A stretch of 21,673 nt of DNA from Octopus sinensis (lineage: Eukaryota): contig NW_021823751.1 in the NCBI RefSeq assembly GCF_006345805.1, positions 1 to 21,673 of the forward strand, read 5' to 3'. A model generated the notes under the pieces. It had not been told where the DNA came from, did no database searches, and saw only the letters and a program-made list of their open reading frames with translations. The stretch's first letter is position 1. Each line of letters opens with the position of its first letter. A program made the position numbers and the translations under genes. Shown in pieces: positions 9,961-20,344 of this stretch.

Positions 9961-10090
9961 TATAATCTCTGACGAGGCTTATGGTTATATATAAGTACCC
10001 TATTTTTAAATGCCTACAACCTCAATATAATTGACAACTATAGGCACTGAAAAATTACTTTTTTCCATAGGCTGAAACAGCTGTAAGGGT
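9961..10090 (+). ncRNA. Candidate minimal type I hammerhead ribozyme (PLE type)
   Basis: Core CTGACGA 9969-9975; stem II ggcttatgg (9976-84) / ccataggct (10065-73); GAAA 10074-77; palindromic stem III ACAGCTGT 10077-84; cleavage triplet GTA 10083-85; short stem I tct/agg. Confidence 0.65.
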
Positions 10091-10278
10091 GATTTTAATG
10101 ATTTCAATAATTTATATTAAGATTTTTATAATTGTATTCTTATCTGATATGTATTGAATTATAATGTATATTTGTATGTTATTAAGATTCTCGTTTTTGT
10201 TAAATAAATAATAAGTCAATATTCTAATATCCGAAAGCTGATGAACCAACTAAATTGTTTCTCCATTTTCTTATTTGT

Positions 10279-10379
<101 letters not shown>

Positions 10380-10490
10380 ATTTCAGAATGGTCATTTTGC
10401 CAGTTTAGCCAATAAAAACACATGCACTATATATTTGGTGTTACTTTGCTTCAGTGTTATTTATTTTTTACATTAATCTTAATCTTATTT

Positions 10491-10536
10491 CGGCCAGAGT
10501 TCTTTCGTCACACTCCTGTGACCGCATCAGTGGTCC
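10491..10536 (-). ncRNA. Hammerhead-like motif with variant core in PLE terminus
   Basis: Minus strand: ggacca CTGATGCG gtcaca-ggag-tgtgac GAAA gaac TC tggccg. Stem II is 6 bp, stem I has 4 of 5 pairs, and A9 is replaced by CG. Confidence 0.55.
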
Positions 10537-10908
10537 TTTGTTTTCTTCTTACTTATTTGTGTCTCTCCTTACTAACCGTCAGCCATTTTGTATTTCTATT
10601 GTATGTCTTCATTTGCGCATGCTTATATCTCTATGTGCGTTTATATTTATTTAGTGTGTGTATGTGGAGGATGCCTGTAATATTTGTATCTTCTGTTTAT
10701 ATATGTTCATGTAATTTGTTCATGTAATTTGTATTTTGTATTTTGTATTTTTGTTTGTTTTTTTTTTTTTTGTTTTTTGTTTTTGTTGTTTTTGTTTATT
10801 CTTATTTTCTTCATGTGTTTACATCCAGCCATTATTATCATTACATATGCTTGTATGTATGTATGTATAACAACAATACTAGTAATAATAATAATAAATT
10901 GAATCGAA

Positions 10909-10940
<32 letters not shown>

Positions 10941-11089
10941 TATTATATATACATATATATATACATATACACATACATACATATATAATATATATAGTTA
11001 TTTATTTCTATTAGTTTATTTATTTATCTGTTGTATTTATTATGTTTTCAGGATCCTCTATCGTCATATGTTTGTGTGTGTTAGAGCTC

Positions 11090-12150
11090 CATTATAGTTT
11101 TCTATTCAGGCTAGGTTTATTTTCTATTATGTGTGTAGCTTCTGTAATTTGTCTAATTGTGCATCTGATCTATGTGTGGATAATATTTTAATTTCTATGT
11201 TATTGATTGATCCCCCGTGTTCTTGTTCGGCGTGTTGTTACAGAATCGATGAGCTTTTACCTTCCTTGAGTTGTCTCCAATGCCCATTTACCATCTCCTA
11301 TGCTTCTTGCCGTTTCCCCTACGTATGTCGTTGTCTTGTTACTGTCGCACGCATCGTCCTTATACATCTTATACTATAGACTACATTTCTGGCTTTACAG
11401 TTTGTTTGTGGGATAAATCTACATACAGTACAGTACTTATCCGTACAGGGGGTTCTACTAAAAGGGTAGGTTCTACCAATTATAGATTTGATAGGGTTGC
11501 CTGGCTTTTCAACAACCTTAATTCTTAGCTTAAGTTTGTCTAGGGTCCTTCTAAAGCGATACGCCAGTTCACCTCCAGGGGTGGTGTCAACGAACATGAC
11601 ACTCTGGTATTTATGGCTATTATACCAAGAGTTGGCCTTCCCTATTTTCTTTTTTGTCCTTTCTATAGTGTTCCATGACTTGTTCCTATAGAGTGGGCAA
11701 ATACCATTCCTATCATTACATAATATATTATCAAATTTCTTAATGGCTCCTTTGTATACTCTGATCCTTTCTTTATGGCTGTAACCTGAGAACTGCATGC
11801 GGTGAATGAAATATTGTATGTGTCTCTTTAACTCTGTGGGCTCGCACATGCATGACACATTTCTCATTATTCTGACGAGGTCTGCCATCAAAATATTGAA
11901 TTTGGCATTGTCCGCAATGGCTGAGTTCCGGTGGATCAAGTATTTTGAGGCCATAGGTTTGGCATAGTATGAATGAAGGATGGGGTTTATTATTCACAAT
12001 TTCTAGCCAGAGTTCGGTGTCTAGTACTGGTAGTCTATGGTTGGGGTGTTAGTGGGGTAGTCTATTGTGACCTTAATACTCTGGTGGATGGAGTTAGCTA
12101 TTTGCTGGATGCTCTCCATAGTATTAGTTTCTATTACTATATCAACATTA
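11090..12150 (-). pseudogene. PLE reverse transcriptase C-terminal part plus GIY-YIG endonuclease, frameshifted
   Basis: Conceptual translation across frameshifts: IANSIHQSIKVTIDYP...LPVLDTELW...YYAKPMASKYLIHRNSA (RT), ORF 11319-11954, CxxC...NCKARNVVYSIRC...YVGETARSIG...HW (GIY-YIG), and RQITEATHIIENKPSLNRK. Confidence 0.9.
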
Positions 12151-12575
12151 CTCTCTTGTGTTTTTATTGGCTAAACTGGCAAAATGACCATTCTAAAATA
12201 CAAACAATATCTGTTTCAACACACGACTTCACATAAAAATCTTGCACAACAAATATTTAAACGTATATATATATATAGTCGGGCTTTCCACTTCACAAAC
12301 AAGCATGGGTATTATAACTAATAAGCATGTAAGGAATATTTGTGTATGTTGTGGTTGCTAAATACTCTAGATTTTAGTTTTTCGGAAGACGTGCTGCTTG
12401 TTCCATCGAATCGGCAAGAAATATCACCGATGATACTTTAATGCGATCTGACCTTGTGACATTTTCACATTAATTATTTTCTTTATGCATGCGAGTGGCC
12501 GTATGGTGTCCGTCCGCCGTGGTGTCGTTAGATTCTTGGGTTTTGACTTTCAGTTTTACACCTAAAGATCTAAAA

Positions 12576-12725
12576 GCATATGGCATAGTGGTTAGTCCAC
12601 CTGCCAAACCACTCCCGATCATATCGTCGTGGGTTCGATTCCCAAATCGAGTGACGCGTTTGTCCTTCGAGTTAGGCACATCATTTCACGCTGCTCCAAT
12701 CTACTCAGCTGAAATTCAGTATCAG
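12576..12725 (+). mobile_element. SINE head and core (family A), degenerate
   Basis: tggcatagtggttag (A-box), gggttcgattccc (B-box), tttgtcctt...atttcacgctgctccaatctactcagctg. Confidence 0.75.
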
Positions 12726-12967
12726 CTTTGTACAGGTGTAGCTCTCCCTCTCTCCCCAGATGTCACATCCTTGATTTTCCAGTTGGTTAAGAGTGCAAGG
12801 CCAAGAGGGTATCTATATCTACTTTCGGCTACATAGGTACCTACAACAAGTAGCTTTGCACTACATACTATCGTGTTCTACTCGCTCGTGAGTGATACCT
12901 ATGTATATACACTGATAGACATAGTTTTAGGTATAGCTTTGCTTAAATCTATGTATTCAGATGGCCT

Positions 12968-13045
12968 TCAGTCAGCTAACTTTTTTTCAATTATAGCTTT
13001 AATCATTATGCTCTTCAATGCCGTTGACAGTTCATCAAGCTGTTC
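12968..13045 (-). CDS. Possible terminal coding exon of an unidentified gene (EQLDELSTALKSIMIKAIIEKKLAD*)
   Basis: Strong acceptor atttttatgtttccttttttcag|GAA on the minus strand; phase-0 frame open for 25 codons to TGA; non-repetitive, helix-like peptide. No upstream exon found and the protein is not recognised. Confidence 0.35.
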   Translation of the reverse strand, partial: EQLDELSTALKSIMIKAIIEKKLAD

Positions 13046-13702
13046 CTGAAAAAAGGAAACATAAAAATCGTCAAATTTAGCCCGAACACCCTATAAAGAC
13101 TACAACGTTAGATTGCTGATAATTTTTGGTGGTTTTAGTCCAGCAGTACATTAGTTCACTAAAGTTATAATGTATTTTGTCTTAGTTTAAAGTTAAGATT
13201 GAAGAATTATTCCAACTGTTCGGCATCAGATCGATACTTGTCTGGAAATGTAATCTTTTATTGAATATGATATTGCTAACGTTAAAAACAGAAAACAAGG
13301 ATGGAGTTATATTTATTTCCAGTTCAATCTTCAACCGTGCCGTTGTTTAGCACAACTAATTTTATATTATCCGGTAAGATCTTAGTGGATTTAGCAAATT
13401 TGAACGAGCAACTGAAATGTGGACGTAAGCATTCCCAAAGGTATCTCGATATATTATTTTAAGTCTTTTAGTCAAAGTTAGCCACGCAAAGAGATTATTT
13501 CTGTTTCTGACATTTCGCTTCTAGCTCAGTAATCACAGAGACAAAGTATCCTGATGAGGTGAAAGTAGATTAGGATTTGGGGAAATATCTACTGCGCCGA
13601 GAGCTAAAAGATTAAGGCTGTTCTTGTCAGAATCTTAACGAGTTAAGGAAAACAGAAATTACTGGGAGATTTTCCGGTAATTTTACTGATAAAACTTGTC
13701 CT

Positions 13703-13819
<117 letters not shown>

Positions 13820-13850
13820 CACTCACACATGTGTGTGTGCCTGTTTGTGA

Positions 13851-14112
13851 AGGCGCGTGGCCTAGTGGTCAGGCTGTTGCATTCACGATCGCTAGTTCGT
13901 GGGTTCGATTCCCTGATTGGGCGGTGCGTTGTGTTTTTGAACAAAACACTTCATTTCACGTTGCCCCACTTTTGATCAACGGGGAATGCTGGCCTGCTCA
14001 CTAACCAACAAAGGGTGAGGGCATCATTTGAAGGCCAAAACAATGCAAAAATGCTTTGTGACCAGTAATGTGTAACATCTGATAGCCTAGTCGATCACGT
14101 GATACCGTGATA
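13851..14112 (+). mobile_element. tRNA-derived SINE (family A head, different 3' body)
   Basis: aggcgcgtggcctagtggtcagg...gggttcgattccc...ttgtgtttttgaacaaaacacttcatttcacgttgc matches the head of 2541-2859; the 3' body (catttgaaggccaaaacaatgc...gatcacgtgata) does not. Confidence 0.85.
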
Positions 14113-14645
14113 TCTACCCATTGTGGCCCCCCTACAAAAAGCAAACCATAATGAGGATCGAAGTGTCACAAAGATCAATTACTAAAAAAATAAATGGCAT
14201 AATGAGACTTGATTATTGGGCTTGACTTAAACAGCTGAAACTCTGTTCTCTGTAACGTCGCCGTGAGCGATACATTATTTGCACCATGTGGACAATATTC
14301 TACCAATATTATCAAAATAACATCAGTATTATGTTTACGATTCACCCAAGACTAGGCCCCCGTGCAATGCGACCCCTACAAAGCATGAGATCACATCACA
14401 TAAGAACATTGCAAAACAATTTCTTCACTGCAAATTGTCCTGCTTTTTTCAATGTTATACCGAAAGAAATTAAAGTAGAAAAAGAACCCACAACTTTCAA
14501 ACGGTACCTGGACAATTCCTCCAGCAAATACCAGACAAATCACCTTCTTGATGTCCCGAAATAATTAATTAAAAAACTTCTCCAGGTGGTGCTATTGAGT
14601 TAGTCATGAACTGGGCTGATGATGGCTGAAACCAATCTAAGTTAT
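14113..14645 (+). mobile_element. CR1-group LINE 3' end (ORF2 C-terminal remnant plus 3'UTR)
   Basis: From 14118, one frame with stops: PLWPPYKKQTIMRIEVSQRSITKKINGIMRLDYWA*LKQLKLCSL*RRRERYII...FFNVIPKEIK...FKRYLD, then FLQQIPDK after a frameshift; typical CR1-group ORF2 end (W.P...E.VQR..T...Y.RL..L.L.SL.RRR; FLxxIPDxP). Confidence 0.85.
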
Positions 14646-14804
14646 CTGTGTGTGTCTGTTTATGTATGCATGTTTGTATGCAAATATATATCTGTAATAT
14701 AATATGTGACAATTATATTACAGATAAATTCCTCTATTTACATAATATCGAGGTCTCATTTATTCTTTTGTTGTCATACCATTACTATTAATATATATAT
14801 ATAT

Positions 14805-15193
14805 CAGGCGTGACTGTGTGGTAAGAAGCTTGCATCTCAAGCACATGGGTCCAGGTTTAGTCCCACTGAGTATCACCTTGGGCAAGTGTCTTCTACTATA
14901 CTCTCAGGCCGACCAAAGTCTTGTGTGTGGATTTGGTAGACGGAAACTGAAAGAAGCCCCTCTATATACAAGTATAAATTTACGTGGGTGACTTTGTGTC
15001 TGTTTGTCCCCCATCACAGTTTGACAACCGGTGTTGGTGTGTTTACAGCCCCATAACTTAGCGGGTCATCAAAAATGACTGATATAATAAGTAGTAAGTT
15101 TAAAAATAATTCCTGGGGTCGATTTGTTCGATGAAAACCCCTCAAGGTGGTGCTCCAGCATGGCTGCAATCAAATTACTGAAACACGTAAAAG

Positions 15194-15197
<4 letters not shown>
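14805..15197 (+). mobile_element. Full-length SINE (family B)
   Basis: tRNA-like head caggcgtgactgtgtggtaagaagcttgc...ggtttagtcccactg, core ccttgggcaagtgtcttctac, tail ggtgctccagcatggctgc...ctgaaacacgtaaaagaata; flanked by (TA)n. Confidence 0.9.
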
Positions 15198-15231
<34 letters not shown>

Positions 15232-15671
15232 TTCTTTCTTGCTTGGACTACTGTCCGTGCAACATCTATATTCCTTCCTGTGCTTGTTAAATCTTATGTC
15301 CCTGCCGTAAGGTTTTACTTCCACACACGTCAGCTTAATATAATTCGTTGAAAGACACCTGTTGTTATGTCCTGTTATTTGTATTTGCGTAACATTTCTC
15401 TGTTTTTTTTTCCGTCCTTGTTTTCGTATACATTTGCTGCTTTCTTCCAAGGAATGTAATGCTCTTAGCTTATTTTTTCCTTGGGGCTGGCCAGATTGGA
15501 CCAATCTGGAGTATAACCAGCCGAAATTGCAAAGATAATTTGGAACTCGACTGAAGAAAGAAACTCCGAATAACCCGTCGTTGTTTTCTTTGTATCGTCT
15601 ATCTAAATGTTTTGTTGTCCCTTTTTTGTTTCACCTAACTCCCTGGATGTTTGCGTCTTGTCCCATTTTTG

Positions 15672-15752
15672 TATTATATATATATATATATATAATATAT
15701 ATACTTGTTTTATATATTATATATATATATATATACTTGTTTATATATAGTA

Positions 15753-15799
<47 letters not shown>

Positions 15800-15818
15800 T
15801 ATATACTTGTTTATATAC

Positions 15819-15854
<36 letters not shown>

Positions 15855-15855
15855 G

Positions 15856-15906
<51 letters not shown>

Positions 15907-15925
15907 TTATTTATATATATATATA
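15672..15925. repeat. (TA)n tract punctuated by recurring atacttgttt units
   Basis: Units at 15701, 15733 and 15803, with a partial copy at 15851. Confidence 0.85.
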
Positions 15926-15936
15926 AAATACAAAAA

Positions 15937-16138
15937 GTGTGTGTTAGCGCGCGCGAATATGTGTGTGTCTTTGTATTTTTTACGCCCCTACCAAGCTTGA
16001 CAGGTGGTGGAGATGGTTATGGTGTTGGTGGTGGTATTTATGGCTTCTAGTTGTTACTGGATTGTGGACAAAATAGAATGAAATATATTTTTAATGCACT
16101 ACATAACACATAGTCACATGCACATAAACAAGTATATA

Positions 16139-16173
<35 letters not shown>

Positions 16174-16450
16174 GATATATATATCTATATTATATATATA
16201 TATATATACTTGTTATAACTTGTTTATATATTATATATAATATATATATATATACTTGTTTATGTGCATGGACTATGTGTTATGTAGTGCATTAAAAATA
16301 TATTTCATTCTATTTTGTCCACAATCCAGTAACAACTAGAAGCCATAAATACCACCACCAACACCACAACCATCTCCACCACCTGTCAAGCAGTGGTAGG
16401 GGCGTAAAAAATACAAAGACACACACATATTCGCGCGTGCTAACACACAC
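15937..16450. repeat. About 200-bp inverted duplication around a (TA)n spacer
   Basis: 15937-16137 vs reverse complement of 16250-16450 differ at about 5 positions. Confidence 0.9.
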
Positions 16451-16617
16451 ACACACATACGACGGGCTTCTTTCACCTTCCGTCACCCATATCCACTAAC
16501 AAGGTTTTGGTCGGCCCGAGATAATAGTAGAAGGTACCTGCCCAAGATGCCACGCAGTGGGACTGAATACGGAGCTGCGTGCTTCAGAAGGAAACTCCTT
16601 ACCGCACAGCCACGCCT
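16383..16617 (-). mobile_element. SINE family B, 5' two-thirds
   Basis: tgtcaagcagtggtagggg...atacgacgggcttctttca...ggtcggcccgag...tgcccaagatgccacgcagtgggactgaa...cacagccacgcct. Confidence 0.85.
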
Positions 16618-16711
16618 AAAAATTTACTTCAAATAAAAACCACATAATGTACATGACTTATATCACGTAATACATACATAAGGTCATCTCTCCCCTTCTC
16701 TCTCTAGCGCC

Positions 16712-16774
16712 ATGTATGTATGTATGTATGTATGTATGTATGTATGTATGTATGTATGTATGTATGTATGTATG

Positions 16775-16823
<49 letters not shown>

Positions 16824-16856
16824 GTCTATCTGTCTATCTGTATCTATCTATCCTCC

Positions 16857-16899
<43 letters not shown>

Positions 16900-16934
16900 A
16901 TCTATCTATCTATCTCTCTCTCTCTCCTCTTCTA

Positions 16935-16977
<43 letters not shown>

Positions 16978-16994
16978 CTACCTACCTACCTACC

Positions 16995-17045
<51 letters not shown>

Positions 17046-17254
17046 TTATATGTGTGTACTATACTAGCAGGCAACAAGAAGGCATATTTGCATTCATGTG
17101 TGCGTGGTGTGTCTGTGTGTGTGTCTGTGTGTGCATTTGTGTGTGTGTCTGTGTGTGTTGCTGTGTGTGCATTTGTGTGTGTGTGTGGTGTGTGTGTGTG
17201 GTGTGTGTGTGTGTATCTATATTTATATATCTATTTACATCTGAAAAGAAATAT

Positions 17255-17292
<38 letters not shown>

Positions 17293-17299
17293 TATATAT

Positions 17300-17338
<39 letters not shown>

Positions 17339-17340
17339 TA
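16712..17340. repeat. Compound (TATG)n-(TCTA)n-(TA)n-(TG)n-(GATA)n microsatellite block
   Basis: Directly visible. Confidence 0.95.
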
Positions 17341-17632
17341 TTATGCATCTATGTGCATGTGAATTAGTATCAGTGTTTTGCATGTTAACCTACTTCCCGC
17401 TACTGAAAGCCAGTAGTTATTTTAATCTAAATAAACTTTGACGTAGGTTAACGCAGCAGAATTTGGCCTCTCCATGTTAATTTGATCAGTAACGCAAGAA
17501 GCCATTTCTATGAAGCTAATAAAATATTCTTGATGCTACGCTTGTCATCAACAGCTACATAAGAATTGCATGTCTTTTAGGTCAACATTATTGTCAAATT
17601 GGCATATTGCATATCAACCTTTTATTGATCGT

Positions 17633-17730
17633 TTCCTTCCTTCCTTCTTTTCTTTTTTTCTTTCTTTCTTCCCTTCTTTCTTTCTTTCCGTCGTTCTTTC
17701 TTTCTTTCTTTCAGTCGTTCTTTCTTTCTT
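17633..17730. repeat. (TTTC)n-like polypyrimidine tract
   Basis: Directly visible. Confidence 0.9.
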
Positions 17731-17819
17731 TATCGATTTTGGAAGCCTAGCCTTTTTGTATTGTTTCGACCTATTTATAGATTTCTCGCACGATGTGTAG
17801 GTTATATGCGTTATGTATG

Positions 17820-17925
17820 TAATGTGTGTGTGTGTGTGTCGGTGTGTCTGCGTGTGAGTATGTGTGCGTGCGTGTGTGTTGCGTGTGTTCCATGTGCTTT
17901 TGTGAGTATACATATACACATATGC

Positions 17926-17957
<32 letters not shown>

Positions 17958-18105
17958 GCACACATATATATATATTTATATGTATATATATGTATGTATA
18001 TATATATCTGTACGCATATTCATGTGTATATGCATTATGTATGCATGTATATATACGTACATAGATACATACACGTATGTATGTACATATATACATACAT
18101 GTATG

Positions 18106-18149
<44 letters not shown>

Positions 18150-18196
18150 CACACATGATATGCTCCCAATGAAATCTCTCATTCTTGTTCTCTCTC

Positions 18197-18245
<49 letters not shown>

Positions 18246-18270
18246 CGTGTGTGTGTGTGTGTGTGCATAT
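17820..18270. repeat. Compound (TG)n/(CA)n/(TA)n microsatellite block
   Basis: Directly visible; source of the long CV/HT/YI pseudo-ORFs. Confidence 0.9.
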
Positions 18271-18694
18271 GTGCGTATGCACCGGTATTTATGTGTGTAT
18301 AAGCAGTACAAATGTCGCAATAACTTCTTTCTTATGTCAGATGAACAGAAAGTCAATACATGTCGTCAAAGAAGGATTCACATCAGAATTATGTTCAATG
18401 TGACAGACAACACTTATCTGGTAGAAAGCAGGAAGATTGTTTCGACATATCAACTCTCTTCACCTGGTTGAACTCATCAACCTAATCTATGAATGAAACC
18501 ACGGTGTCAGATTGTTAGAAGAGCGTAAATGCTAGTCCTTCAGTTAGAATTAGAGAGAAAACGATGAACAAAAGAGTTGCAGCTTACCTTTTTGTAATGT
18601 GTACATGCATAAAGGCACGCACACATATATCATCATGATCATCACAATCATGATGATGATGATCATTACCATCCCCCTCTTCCTGCTCCCCCCC

Positions 18695-18734
<40 letters not shown>

Positions 18735-18740
18735 GTCATC
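18695..18740. repeat. (CAT)n microsatellite
   Basis: Directly visible. Confidence 0.95.
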
Positions 18741-19894
18741 AACATCGAAAGTTGATTGTTTGGAAAGCTTCTTACAATGAAAAAAATTTCATAAAAATTT
18801 TAAGTAACAACAATTGTTACCTTACAGATACTTTAATAATTGTTTAAATTTCGGTGGTTTCCTTAGATGTATGTATAAAATTGCACAACAGCGTGGATAT
18901 ATGCAGTCTTGTAGGACTGTACATCTTAGATTTAATTACAAAGACGTTTACAGCAACAGACTTTGAGCTTTATAGGGATTACAAACAGCACCAATAATTA
19001 AAATTTAGACATCCACAAGAATATCATCCACACTTTTTGCTCTTTCAGCCTTAAAACGTTTCGTTAGAAAGGAAAAGAAGACTTAGTACGTGAGCAAACG
19101 ACACAGTTTAAGTAAAGAGAAAGAGGAGGAGAAAGATAGTGAGATTGAATGAGGAAGTGATTTTTAGTTAAGCCGTTAACTTATCTACAATTGATTGTCT
19201 TAATCCCACTCATTAAAAAATAAAAAAAAAACTGAATTTCACACTAAATGTACGAATATTTTTCAAATAATTAAATTCTATACTACCCAACTTAGTTAAC
19301 ATGTAGGGTTTCTCGTCTGTATCTGTTCTCCATTAGTTTAGCTGCGAATTAAACTACCCGAAAATATTGTTGTTTATAAAGGTCTTTTGAAAATCCGTTT
19401 ATTATTTCGCTAAAATTCCTTGAAAATGAGTAAACAATTGAAAAAGAACCCAATCTATTCACAGTTCAAGTTAGAAAATTATTTCCTCTTTTCACTGAAA
19501 CTCTCTTTATAAAATTGTAGTTTTATAAACATCAGATTGTTTTTGAAAGGTTGGTACTTATGCTTCATCTACTTGTTATATATTCAAACAAATGGATTCT
19601 TTTACATTCAACGCACCCCTCTTTCTCTCTTAGATACTCATTATATCATTCATACACCCCCTTTATTGTTTTTCCCTCACATTTTCCCCTTCAAAGCTTC
19701 TTTTAACAACTCTATTGATCTACCCGAATTCTATATATACAAAACACTGTAAAATAACTCAATATTTTATCATACTTTCATTTATTAAAATCTATAAACT
19801 TAGTCAAAATAATAGATGAAACCTTCCCATCATTTCACGTTAAATTAACGATATATGATGGAAACAATGCATTTATTTACTACACACACATATA

Positions 19895-19940
<46 letters not shown>

Positions 19941-20261
19941 ATATATATATATATTTAAGGAAACTGAAATATAGTGAAACATATAACGAAATAATGTATA
20001 CGCATATATACAAACGTATGTACATACATAGATACATACATATACATACGTATGCATACATATGTATGTGTGTGGTGTGTGTGTGTGCTGTGTGGTGTGT
20101 GTGTGTTGTGTGTGTGTGTTGTGTGTGTGATAGAAACCGGGAGACGGCTTTATACTCCTTGCAGAGTAATGCGAACTAACTTAACAACCCCACACGCGTA
20201 CACACGCACACACATACTTTATTTTTGAGTTAACAAGGCTGCCAGTAGTTTCAAATAAGAT

Positions 20262-20344
20262 ATTCCTTACAATTGTTCAAGTGTACCAAAATGGAGACGC
20301 ATACAAACGTTTCCATGTGCTGCGCTTGAATAATTGTAAGGAAT
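20262..20344 (+). ncRNA. Pri-miRNA-like hairpin candidate
   Basis: 35 base pairs (24 contiguous + 2 + 9), 8-nt loop catacaaa, and four G-U wobbles when folded as the plus strand. No known miRNA recognised. Confidence 0.35.

Noticed and set aside
12360-12445. Hammerhead-like ttttcggaag...atcaccgatga segment
   Set aside because: No consistent core or stem II on either strand.
13546-13584. CTGATGA-ggt-GAAA-gtagat-TA-ggat
   Set aside because: Core words are present but there is no stem II and only two pairs in stem I; probably chance.
14603-14640. CTGATGA-tggct-GAAA-ccaa-TC in the LINE 3'UTR
   Set aside because: No stem II or stem I pairing; better explained as drifted LINE tail sequence.
15545-15582. 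CTGAAGA...ctcc-GAAT-aaccc-GTC hammerhead relic
   Set aside because: GAAA is mutated and stems I and II do not pair; counted only as a possible relic.
18340-18471. Plus-strand exon candidate (tttcttatgtcag|...EQKVNTCRQRRIHIRIMF...)
   Set aside because: No good donor, peptide not recognised, and it conflicts with the better minus-strand exon candidate.
18583-18592. Strong minus-strand donor AAG|GTAAGC
   Set aside because: The upstream sequence is low-complexity with no acceptor or open frame.
19034-19095. Plus-strand acceptor tttttgctctttcag with a nearby gtgag donor
   Set aside because: All three frames have stops before the donor.
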